From positions 49,529 through 69,528 of IMG/VR virus record IMGVR_UViG_3300030330_001898: a stretch of 20,000 nt of DNA. One strand, written 5' to 3'. This stretch comes from an uncultured virus (IMG/VR IMGVR_UViG_3300030330_001898). Lineage: Duplodnaviria > Heunggongvirae > Uroviricota > Caudoviricetes. Of the stretch, positions 1 through 9,107 are shown one piece after another. Every line of letters starts with the position of its first letter. Positions within the stretch are counted from its first letter, which is position 1. The notes beneath the pieces are model-generated. The model had not been told where the DNA came from. It ran no database searches and worked only from the letters and a program-made list of their open reading frames with translations. Both the position numbers and the translations under genes were made by a program.

Positions 1-3000
1 AGCTGCATCAAAATCTTTAATCAAATCTTTTTTATATCTACCAGTACCTTCTTTAGGTCCAGTCAAACCATCTTTTATATATTGTCTTAAGAACTCTTGG
101 TCTTTTTTTTGTATACCATGCAAGTTCAATGCACGATATGTACTTAAACCCATCATATTTGTAAAAGAATCTCTCATATAGTTTGACCAATCAGCTGCCC
201 ATTCTTGACCTTTATGAACATTATCAAAGTTTCTTAACAATATTTCAGATCTTAATCCAGCAAGATTTGTAAACCACATCTTAAACAATCCACTTGTATA
301 AAAACGTACAGCATCAATATCTTTTTGATAAAAAGGCATAAACGTTTCACCTCTATTTTTAGTCATGCTAGCTGCATAATCACCAATAAATCCATCAAGA
401 TTTGGTCTTTCCATTAAATCAGTTATTTGTCTTTCAGCAGCTGCTTGACCATTAGTTATAGAAACACCTATCATTCTTTCAAAACCTGCTTTTAAATCTC
501 TTTTATATGTAAGAGCTGCCTCCATATGACTTACACCATCTATGTCCATCTTTGCTTGTAGGTAAGTTGGTAATAACTTTTTATCTTGTAATGCTCTGTT
601 AAACTTAACTTCAACATTATCTTTAATCCACTCTGCAAGTTTTTCTTGATTAGCCTGATATCTACCATGTCCTAACCTAGGAAAATAACCTTCTACAATA
701 TCACCAACATAATATTTAGTATACTCACCTTTAGTTTTTGCTAACTCTTTTAATACTGTCTGTTTTACAATGTAAGCTTGTGAACCTTTTTGAGATACTT
801 TACCCTTAGGTTTACTTACATTAATGCCTTTTGGTTCTAATAAAAATTGTATTCTATCTCTCAACTCCATATGGAATTTGATAAATCTATAATCATTAAC
901 ACTCATAAGATATTTACCAATATATTCTCTGTCAGTTACATTTCTGTTCATCATATCTTTATATAACAATGACACCCTATTTTCATTTATAATGCCTGTT
1001 TCTTGCAAGAAAGTTTGTTCAAGGTTACGTGAGTCTAGGTCTTTTGTTTGTGAGCCTTTAAACACCCCTTCTACTACAAACGCACCATCTTTATTAGTGC
1101 CATATGAAAGTCCTTTAACTTTTTGTAGATCTACTAATGTTTTAGATAACTGTTTTACATTTGTTTTTATGTATGTATTCTTAATACTTTGTAATAATTT
1201 AGATGTATCAGATGCAATTCTATCTACAAATTGTTGAGGTTTTATAGGTGTTAATGTACCATCTATATTACCTTGTGGTATATTAAATACAACTCCACTA
1301 TCTTCTAGTTTTTTAATTGCTGATTGAGTATCTAAATAAGATTCTACAATGTAAGTTCTTTCCCCCTCACCACCAACTTGCGTAGGAAACCTTGGTTTAC
1401 CATCAGGTCCTGGATTGTATTCTATTTTATTTACAGCAGCTTGAAACAACAAGTCTCTATGTTCTGCCATTAATTTATCAGTGGTATTAAAATAATAATA
1501 TACACCATCAACTTTATCTTGTTGTAGTTTATAAATAATCTTTTGATATGTATCAAATTTATCTATAGCTACTCTACCTGCTTCAAGAGTAGTAACAGGT
1601 ATAGATATTCTTTTTTTAGATATTTTTCCATTTTTATCTAATGTAGGTCTAGCATTAGTCTCTATCTCAAATCTATCTAAATTAAATAAATATTTAGCAG
1701 CCTGTCCATATCCTAACGTCTGATCAATAGCACTAGGCTTTCTAACAGCTTCTCTTTGTTTTTGAAATGCTGTCTTTTTACTTAACAACATTTCTAAACT
1801 TTTATTAAACATAACAAGATCTTCTGTGGTCATAGTCTCTAATCTTCTTTGAACACCAGTTTGATTGTATGTTAATTCCATAAACATTTCTTCTAATCTC
1901 ATTATAGTGTCTGGATTTTGAAACAATATTTCTCTAAGTTTTTTAATTTCTTTACTAGCTTTGTCTGTTAAGATAGCATTCTTATCAGATTCTACTCTAA
2001 ATAAATATTCAAACTGAGGTATAAGTTCTCCTATATATCCATCTAAATTTTCTTGTTTAGTTTTTAAGCTAGGAGCATCTTCTATTATTGTATCAACTAT
2101 CTTATCTTTATTACCAAAGAAATTAAATTTTACTCTATCTTCTACTATTTCAAAATTATTTTGATATACAGTATTTTCTGATAAAGATCTATCAAATGCT
2201 TCAATACTAAATGTTGTTTTAAACTGCTCTTCAAACTTAATTGCATCATTATCTATAAGTTTTTGAGATAGTTTTTCTCCAACTCTTTGACCATTAGACT
2301 CTAACATTTGACGCATATCAGAAAAGAAACTTTGTCTACCTCTATCACTTATAGCTATATAGCTAGATATATTATCTACGTTAGGTCTATATTTTGTTAA
2401 TGCTAAATTTTTAAAATACAAAGCTCTTGAATAGTCTTCATTATTTAATCTATCACCATCTTTTATAAACTTACTAATATTAGAATTTTCTTTTTCTATA
2501 TCTAACAATGCAAGTTTTTGTATATCAGTAGTAGGTCCTTTCAATGGACTTGATAATAACCATGTTTCTATAATAGGTTCTATATCTTTATAGATAGTAG
2601 GATACTTATCTTTAAAGTTTAATTTTATTCTTCTAATTAATGTATTTACATCATTACCAGATAATTCTAAATGTTTTTTGCCAGGAAAACTTAAGTTATT
2701 TCCTCTATCAAATAAAGATTTTATCATAAATGTTTGATCTATAATATCTTTTACAATCATTTCAGCAGTTTCAGATCCATATTCATTAGGTTTTTTCTGT
2801 TGTATATCTCTAATAAATTGTTCAGACATTTTTAAACTTCTAAATATACCTTGGTATTCAAAAACTTTTTGATGCAATAATCCTGGTTCATTAATAATTA
2901 AATTTAATGTATCCTTAGCTTCTAGTTGAGAGTTATAATTATCAGTTAAACCAAACCTTTGCAACAATGGATGATCAACTACAAGTTCTCTATATCTTAA

Positions 3001-6000
3001 TATTAATGCTTTTGCTACATCAGTAGCAGCAAAGTCTTTAAATTCTTTAGCATAAAATTTAAAAGGATTAATAACAAAATTAGGATAATCAACTAAAGCT
3101 TTTGCTATATGGTAATAGAATCTATTTTGTGAGCCAAAAGTTTTTAAATAATTTTCTCCAATAGTAGTAGATATTGTTGGATCTGTTACATTTTTATTTC
3201 TATATCCGACAGAATGTATATCTTTAAATGACTTTAATTCTGTAATTCTATTAAAAGCATACTCGTATTCATTGCTATATCTTTCAAACATATCAAATTC
3301 TTTGCCTTGAACTTCAGGCTTACCTGTAATTTCAAAATGTTTAGACCAAAAAGTATCTAATATTTTATCGTAGGTTGCTACTTTTGTAAAGTTTGCAGAG
3401 TCTGCCATTAGATTAATACCTCTATATGTATCTAATTGTAACTCTCTCACAGATGTTTTTAACTTTAAACCAATAGGAAACATTGTACCTTTAATAAATG
3501 TAGTCAGTTTCATTTCTGGTATTCCCATAGCGGTATCTTGTTGAATAATATCAGCTACCATTTGCATACGATTAAATCCAGATACTACATACTCAATATT
3601 TTTTTTACCAATACGTGCATTTCTAGCTACATCAATTCTTAGATTACTATTCATTAAATCTTCTAATGCTCTAGTACCATTTGCTCCACCTTCAGATACT
3701 TTAATATCTGGATATTGTTCAACTAAACTTTGCCATTCTTTACCTTGAGGAGTTTCAAATGATAATGCATCTTCATTGTTTTTACCTGCTAATTCATTCT
3801 CATATTTCTTAAATACTTTCTTAAAAGATTCAGGCATATTCTGATACATAAATACACTGTCAGCATCTTTATCTGCACCACCTAAGTAATAATCTGTTTT
3901 AGATGTAGTGACAACATTCATACCTCTTCTACCTGTAAATCCAACTACCTCTACAACACGTACACCACCATTACCACTATTAGGATTACGCATAATTAAA
4001 AATGTAAGAGCATCTCTTAATTGATTTATTTCTGTACCAAATTGTTGTATATCATTTTTTATAACGTTTAATCTATCAATAGCTTTTCCTAAAGTTATCT
4101 GATCATTTCCAACCATTATAGGCATATCTCTAAAAGTTTCTCCTAATCTTATTTGATTATCACGTAATCCAGTAGCAGTTTCTGGATCAGCAGGTCCTAA
4201 CTTACCTTCTACGGCATTATTTACTCTAGGTTTTACTACTCTTTTATGACGATATTCTGTTAAACTTCTATTAATAAAAGATAAATATGGAGGATAAATT
4301 ACAGATCCAATATCATATCCAGTTTTAAATAATGCATTTGGCACATCATATTTAACAAGTTGTTGTAAAGTAACATCTATTAAATCAGTAGCTTCTTGTA
4401 TATTTTGATGATAATCTTCACGACCTCTTTCTAATATTTTTCTTAATAATTTTAAACCAAAAGGAGTTTTTATTTGATCAGACTCTAATACTCTATTAAT
4501 TGCACCTAATGATATTGTATCTATATTATACTCTAAACTTAAATCTTGTTTTGCAAAAGCTTGTTCAAAGGCTTTGGTTTTTTCAGGATTACCTACAACA
4601 GAAGATTCAATCATTCTATCATAATCAGCTACAAAGTTATCATAGTCTTTACCTATTTGCTCTTTGTTGAGTTTATCAAACATTTGTTTAGCAATTAATA
4701 AACCATTATAAAGTTTGTTAGGGTTTTCATAAACACCATAATTCAAATATAATTCTTCTGGTTTTATACCAAATGATTCTATGTTATCTTTTATAGAGTA
4801 TTCTTTAGTATTATTATTCCATTCTAGTTTATGTTTTTTAATACCTAACATTGTTTTTGTTGCAGATTCAGCAGTAATAATATCTATATTATTAGCTTTC
4901 ATAAACTTATCCATTGCAGTAGTAGCTCTAAATGTACCAGTTTTAAATAATATAGTACCAGTTCCTTCTCTAGGAGCTTTAAATCCTACAAGTTTTAAAA
5001 ATCCACTATCTGGATCTCTATAATTAGCATCAGAAATAGCATCAAATATTTCTTTTCTTATATATACAACAGCATCTATAGCACTCTTAGAAGGCTCTCC
5101 ATCTACTTTAAATGTAGAAGGTATGTCTTCTATCTGTACAACTTTCCACTCTCCATTATCATCTAGTTTACCTTTGTAATCTACAGACTCCAATTTTACT
5201 TCTTGACCTTGAGCTAAACTATTGTATTTATTAAATTTTTGTACAGTTTCAAATAAAGGATTCTGTCTAAACTTTTTTAATCCATCATTTAATTTGTCAT
5301 AAGTTATTGGTTCATTAGCTTTTATATAGCCAGCATCTAACAAAGAATAATAAATATTACTTGCATAATCTTCTGCTTGCACATCTGTTAATTTATCCTG
5401 TGTAAATAATTTATTATCTCTTAATAATTGTTTTTGTAAAGCAGTGGTAATTTCTGTGTCTGTAAATGGACGTTTGTGTAATATAATCTCTCCAGTATCT
5501 TTAGCACCACCATATATATAATATCCTTGTTCTCTAGCAGAAGCATTTAAATCATTTAACATAGCGTCTTTAAGAAAATATTCAAACTTTTGATATAATA
5601 CTTTTTTATTTTTACCTGAACCTATTGTAATATCATTGTCAGAAAAATCTAAAATTTTCTTTCTACCAAATATAGGTACTTCTACTAAACCTCCGTCCTT
5701 TATTAATAGACCAAACTTATGAAGTTTTTCTTGTATATAAGCTTGTCTAACAATAATACGTACTCTTCTGCCATTTCCTATATGTTCATTGTATTTACTT
5801 TTTTGTCTTGGAGCACCAACTGGTTTATCTCCTATATCTCTCATAGGTTGTCTTGTAACAACTGGTTGACCACTACTAAAATCTATCTCATAATCTTCTC
5901 TTATTTGTACATTTTTTTTAAGTTTTAAATATGAACCTAATAACGATTCATTAACTTCTTTGAAAAAAACTTTTCCATCTTTTATTTGCTCAGGATATTT

Positions 6001-7611
6001 TTCTTTTAAAGCCTCTTTAAATTTAGGTAAATTGTACTCAGTCTCTACAGCAAGTCTACCTATATCAACTAACAACTGGTCTTGACTTGTAGATATATTC
6101 ATAGACCTAAGTTTTTCTACTAAAGTTTTTATCTGTGGATTACTAATAGCTGGTTCATTTAAATCCTTAGAAGTTAAATTTACTAGGTCAGCTAAATCCA
6201 TTCCTAAGTTTTCTTTTATTTCTCTCTTAAATGCTTCTAATCCACTTTTATCTTTATCACTTATTACTGCTATATTCTCAACACTTTCTAATGCTTCTGC
6301 TATTTTAGTTTGTTCTACTTCAGCTTTAATTTGCTCCCACTGTTCACGAGTAGGTCTTGTAATACCTTTTTCATCTAATATAGCTTTTACTTCAGGTATA
6401 ACAACTTTAGTAATAGAAACATCTCTGTCAAATACCTGTTGTTGTATTAATGGTATTCTACTCTTTACATAGTCTCTATCAAATTTAGGTAATGCTAAAA
6501 ACTCTGGATCAGCTTCAAGTTCTCTTGTTAAAGTTTGTTCTGTTTTTTCTAATGAACGAAAACGTTCTGAGTTTTTATTTAGATACTTAATTCTTTGTAT
6601 AAATCCTGCATCTCTAGCAGTAGCACCAAAGAAAGCACCTAATAAATATTCATATACCTGTTCTGGTACAGGTAAATTTTGTGCAGTAGCCATACCACCT
6701 TGTAATCCAGAACCAATAGCACCTTTAATAGCCATATTGATTCCTTCTAAAGTTCTATCTTCTGCTGCTAACTCATCAGCTTTTCTACGAATAATATTTT
6801 CACCAAGTTTTCTTGTCTTAGGATTAGCATATATACGTGCTACATTTACATAATTACCAATAGTTCCAAACATACCACCAGCTATAGCACCATGTATAGC
6901 TGCATCTGCTGCACCTTTAGCACCTTCTGTCCAACTACTTACACCCATAGCTATACCTAAGTGTGCAGCCTGCTCTCCTATATCTCTAAACCTTGGACTT
7001 TTTAATATACCCTTAGCAAGAAAGCCGTCCTTTAATACACCTGCATCTCCAAAAGATGCCTTAGCCTGCTCTATAACTTTATCAGCTACCTTCATTGGTA
7101 TTGATTGTAAAGCAAAGGTATCTGTACCTATTTCTTTTCTAAATGCAGGAGGAGCCGCTTCACCAGCAGCACGTAAGCCTTTTGTTACACCACCAGCTGC
7201 TTTTAAACTAGCACGTTTAGCTACAGCTACTGGTATATACTGGCCCATAGATAGTGCACTTGCAATAACATCAGGAGCAAAACCAACAAGGTGTCCTACT
7301 TTATTAGCTATAGATTCTATAGATGTATCAGGTTCATCTGACCAACCAAGAGTTGTAAAACCTTCAACAAGTCCAGATACAAATTGATTAGCAGTACTTA
7401 TAAGATTAGCATCAGCAACCTTTAAATCTCTGTTAAAATCAACACCAGTTTTTTTAAATTGTTTTTCTATATAATCTACTTCTTCTTCGGTAAAAGATGT
7501 AGGGTTTGCTTTATATATAGTATCAAGTTTTTGTAAAAACCTTTCTTGATTTATAAGACCAACTTCAAGTTCCCTAATGGTTTGTTTTAATAATCGATTG
7601 TTTAATTTCAT
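1..7611 (-). CDS. Giant putative virion-packaged single-subunit two-barrel (DPBB) RNA polymerase / polyvalent ejection protein; at least 2537 aa, 3' end outside the window
   Basis: ATG at 7611-7609 overlaps the TAA of the upstream gene (TAATG); it begins MKLNNRLLKQTIRELEVG. No in-frame stop was found in the stretches I translated (start to ~3180, and 720-1). The track reports no minus-strand ORF in 1-7610, as expected for one frame with no stop in the window. Motifs: SAIDAVVYI (D846), FLK (K873), LFK (K890), IDIITAESATK (K919), FLIMRNP (R1208), YLGGADKDADSVF (D1247/D1249/D1251), NLMADSAN. Confidence 0.85.
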   Translation of the reverse strand, partial: MKLNNRLLKQTIRELEVGLINQERFLQKLDTIYKANPTSFTEEEVDYIEKQFKKTGVDFNRDLKVADANLISTANQFVSGLVEGFTTLGWSDEPDTSIESIANKVGHLVGFAPDVIASALSMGQYIPVAVAKRASLKAAGGVTKGLRAAGEAAPPAFRKEIGTDTFALQSIPMKVADKVIEQAKASFGDAGVLKDGFLAKGILKSPRFRDIGEQAAHLGIAMGVSSWTEGAKGAADAAIHGAIAGGMFGTIGNYVNVARIYANPKTRKLGENIIRRKADELAAEDRTLEGINMAIKGAIGSGLQGGMATAQNLPVPEQVYEYLLGAFFGATARDAGFIQRIKYLNKNSERFRSLEKTEQTLTRELEADPEFLALPKFDRDYVKSRIPLIQQQVFDRDVSITKVVIPEVKAILDEKGITRPTREQWEQIKAEVEQTKIAEALESVENIAVISDKDKSGLEAFKREIKENLGMDLADLVNLTSKDLNEPAISNPQIKTLVEKLRSMNISTSQDQLLVDIGRLAVETEYNLPKFKEALKEKYPEQIKDGKVFFKEVNESLLGSYLKLKKNVQIREDYEIDFSSGQPVVTRQPMRDIGDKPVGAPRQKSKYNEHIGNGRRVRIIVRQAYIQEKLHKFGLLIKDGGLVEVPIFGRKKILDFSDNDITIGSGKNKKVLYQKFEYFLKDAMLNDLNASAREQGYYIYGGAKDTGEIILHKRPFTDTEITTALQKQLLRDNKLFTQDKLTDVQAEDYASNIYYSLLDAGYIKANEPITYDKLNDGLKKFRQNPLFETVQKFNKYNSLAQGQEVKLESVDYKGKLDDNGEWKVVQIEDIPSTFKVDGEPSKSAIDAVVYIRKEIFDAISDANYRDPDSGFLKLVGFKAPREGTGTILFKTGTFRATTAMDKFMKANNIDIITAESATKTMLGIKKHKLEWNNNTKEYSIKDNIESFGIKPEELYLNYGVYENPNKLYNGLLIAKQMFDKLNKEQIGKDYDNFVADYDRMIESSVVGNPEKTKAFEQAFAKQDLSLEYNIDTISLGAINRVLESDQIKTPFGLKLLRKILERGREDYHQNIQEATDLIDVTLQQLVKYDVPNALFKTGYDIGSVIYPPYLSFINRSLTEYRHKRVVKPRVNNAVEGKLGPADPETATGLRDNQIRLGETFRDMPIMVGNDQITLGKAIDRLNVIKNDIQQFGTEINQLRDALTFLIMRNPNSGNGGVRVVEVVGFTGRRGMNVVTTSKTDYYLGGADKDADSVFMYQNMPESFKKVFKKYENELAGKNNEDALSFETPQGKEWQSLVEQYPDIKVSEGGANGTRALEDLMNSNLRIDVARNARIGKKNIEYVVSGFNRMQMVADIIQQDTAMGIPEMKLTTFIKGTMFPIGLKLKTSVRELQLDTYRGINLMADSANFTKVATYDKILDTFWSKHFEITGKPEVQGKEFDMFERYSNEYEYAFNRITELKSFKDIHSVGYRNKNVTDPTISTTIGENYLKTFGSQNRFYYHIAKALVDYPNFVINPFKFYAKEFKDFAATDVAKALILRYRELVVDHPLLQRFGLTDNYNSQLEAKDTLNLIINEPGLLHQKVFEYQGIFRSLKMSEQFIRDIQQKKPNEYGSETAEMIVKDIIDQTFMIKSLFDRGNNLSFPGKKHLELSGNDVNTLIRRIKLNFKDKYPTIYKDIEPIIETWLLSSPLKGPTTDIQKLALLDIEKENSNISKFIKDGDRLNNEDYSRALYFKNLALTKYRPNVDNISSYIAISDRGRQSFFSDMRQMLESNGQRVGEKLSQKLIDNDAIKFEEQFKTTFSIEAFDRSLSENTVYQNNFEIVEDRVKFNFFGNKDKIVDTIIEDAPSLKTKQENLDGYIGELIPQFEYLFRVESDKNAILTDKASKEIKKLREILFQNPDTIMRLEEMFMELTYNQTGVQRRLETMTTEDLVMFNKSLEMLLSKKTAFQKQREAVRKPSAIDQTLGYGQAAKYLFNLDRFEIETNARPTLDKNGKISKKRISIPVTTLEAGRVAIDKFDTYQKIIYKLQQDKVDGVYYYFNTTDKLMAEHRDLLFQAAVNKIEYNPGPDGKPRFPTQVGGEGERTYIVESYLDTQSAIKKLEDSGVVFNIPQGNIDGTLTPIKPQQFVDRIASDTSKLLQSIKNTYIKTNVKQLSKTLVDLQKVKGLSYGTNKDGAFVVEGVFKGSQTKDLDSRNLEQTFLQETGIINENRVSLLYKDMMNRNVTDREYIGKYLMSVNDYRFIKFHMELRDRIQFLLEPKGINVSKPKGKVSQKGSQAYIVKQTVLKELAKTKGEYTKYYVGDIVEGYFPRLGHGRYQANQEKLAEWIKDNVEVKFNRALQDKKLLPTYLQAKMDIDGVSHMEAALTYKRDLKAGFERMIGVSITNGQAAAERQITDLMERPNLDGFIGDYAASMTKNRGETFMPFYQKDIDAVRFYTSGLFKMWFTNLAGLRSEILLRNFDNVHKGQEWAADWSNYMRDSFTNMMGLSTYRALNLHGIQKKDQEFLRQYIKDGLTGPKEGTGRYKKDLIKDFDAA

Positions 7612-8402
7612 TAGTCAGTTAATTGTTTGAAATAACCTTCTAACTCTTTGATAGTATTATCTATCATAATCAATTCATCTTTCATCTGTCTTTGACCTGC
7701 ACTAGAGAAGTTTTTAATTTGTTCTTTATTAGACTTTAATAAATTAATGTCTTTCATTATACCATTAGCAGCTATATCAAATGCAGCATTATCACCTAAT
7801 ACTTCTTTTTTCATAAGCATTCTTTGAAAACTATCTTGAGCATTAGAATAACCATCTGTTACTGCTTTTACTTGTTGCATTACAGCATCTTCGGCATTAC
7901 CTATCTTAGGTCCAAAGATCATACCTCCACCTCTAAGTATACCAGCTCTACCTGTTGAAAATGCTGCAAATGCAGGATTGTCCATTAAATCAGGAACTGC
8001 AACAGAACCTACTGTTATTCCTGCTTCTTCTAAAAGTCTTTTATCTGCTAATTTTTCTGCTCTAGTTTCTTTTTTCTGTGCAAATTTATCTTCTATTCCA
8101 AGTTGTGTTCCATAATCTTCCAAAGCTCTATCTTCTGCTGCTTGTGCTCTTGTATCTGCTCTATCTTCTGCTCTTATAGCTGCAGCTTCTTGCTGAACTG
8201 ATTGATAATCAGATATTCCAATTTGTATTGCAGCGTTAGTAATTTTATTAGCTACTTCTGCTTCACCCTTTAATTGTGCTAGTATAACCTCTTTAGCAGC
8301 TGCTGTTGGATCAATATCATCTTTAGTAAAATAATCTACTGTATTTCTTCCTACTTGTCCAAACATTATTAAAGAGTCTATCAATGATTTACTATATGAC
8401 AT
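7611..8402 (-). CDS. Hypothetical alpha-helical protein, candidate internal virion/ejection protein (263 aa)
   Basis: AGGAG SD at 8413-8409. Ala/Glu/Gln-rich helical composition with repeated AEDRA. Translationally coupled to the giant ORF. Function inferred from context only. Confidence 0.55.
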   Translation of the reverse strand: MSYSKSLIDSLIMFGQVGRNTVDYFTKDDIDPTAAAKEVILAQLKGEAEVANKITNAAIQIGISDYQSVQQEAAAIRAEDRADTRAQAAEDRALEDYGTQLGIEDKFAQKKETRAEKLADKRLLEEAGITVGSVAVPDLMDNPAFAAFSTGRAGILRGGGMIFGPKIGNAEDAVMQQVKAVTDGYSNAQDSFQRMLMKKEVLGDNAAFDIAANGIMKDINLLKSNKEQIKNFSSAGQRQMKDELIMIDNTIKELEGYFKQLTD

Positions 8403-8411
8403 TTCTATCTC

Positions 8412-9107
8412 CTATACATTATCTAATACGTTAATCTTACTACCAGTATACTGAGATAACTCTAATAAATTATTCTGTATACTTCTTAATTGACTTTCTT
8501 CAGACTGGTCTAGTCTAAATTGTGCTTGCTGTTCTTGTAGTTGCAAGTTATCTGCACTCATAGCAAACCTGTCATCTAACTGTGCCATAGTTGTATCTAC
8601 AGCTCCAGAGCCAGCTAAATTAGTAGCACCTAAATTATACTGAGCTCTTTCTCTTACTCTCTCAAAATTGTCTACAGCAGCTTCTTGTCTAAAACCAACA
8701 GACTGACCAAGAAAATCTCTTTGAACTCCAAAATCTTCTCTTACTCCTCCAGCTGCTTCTACTAATCTTTGTTCAGCCTCTAATGCTTTTTGTTTTCTTT
8801 CTCTAAGCATTTTCCTTCTTCTACGTCTTGCTTTTCTTGCTGCAAAAAAACCGCCAACTAAACCTATAGCTCCTAATGCAAATCCCAAAGGATTAGCTGC
8901 TGCTGCTCCAGCAAGTTTACCACCAAACTTACCCATAGCACCACCAAGTCTAGGCATTGCAGGAGTTATTCTACTTCCCATGTTAGCAAAACGAGAACCA
9001 AATCCAGATGCAGAACCTATATTGCTACCCATACTACTTGATCCAAAAAATTGTGCAGCATTAAAACTAGGCATTCTATATTGCAAATCATCATTATAAT
9101 CAGTCAT
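8412..9107 (-). CDS. Candidate DNA ejection/pilot protein (231 aa)
   Basis: Gly/Ala/Ser-rich N-terminus, then a hydrophobic segment (AANPLGFALGAIGLVGGFFAA), a basic run (RKARRRRRK) and a Gln-rich coiled coil. This layout is typical of small podophage ejection proteins. GGAGGAG SD; TAATG overlap at 9107. Confidence 0.6.
   Translation of the reverse strand: MTDYNDDLQYRMPSFNAAQFFGSSSMGSNIGSASGFGSRFANMGSRITPAMPRLGGAMGKFGGKLAGAAAANPLGFALGAIGLVGGFFAARKARRRRRKMLRERKQKALEAEQRLVEAAGGVREDFGVQRDFLGQSVGFRQEAAVDNFERVRERAQYNLGATNLAGSGAVDTTMAQLDDRFAMSADNLQLQEQQAQFRLDQSEESQLRSIQNNLLELSQYTGSKINVLDNV

Noticed and set aside
1..7611. N4-like (T7-type, right-hand fold) virion RNAP or tape measure protein as the identity of the giant ORF
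   Set aside because: I recognised no T7-type motif set or tape-measure periodicity, whereas ordered two-barrel motifs are present. This was judged by eye only.
8125..8172. 15-bp direct repeat gctctatcttctgct (8125-8139 and 8158-8172)
   Set aside because: Only two copies, 33 nt apart and in frame, encoding AEDRA twice within a helical protein. Not a CRISPR array or regulatory repeat.
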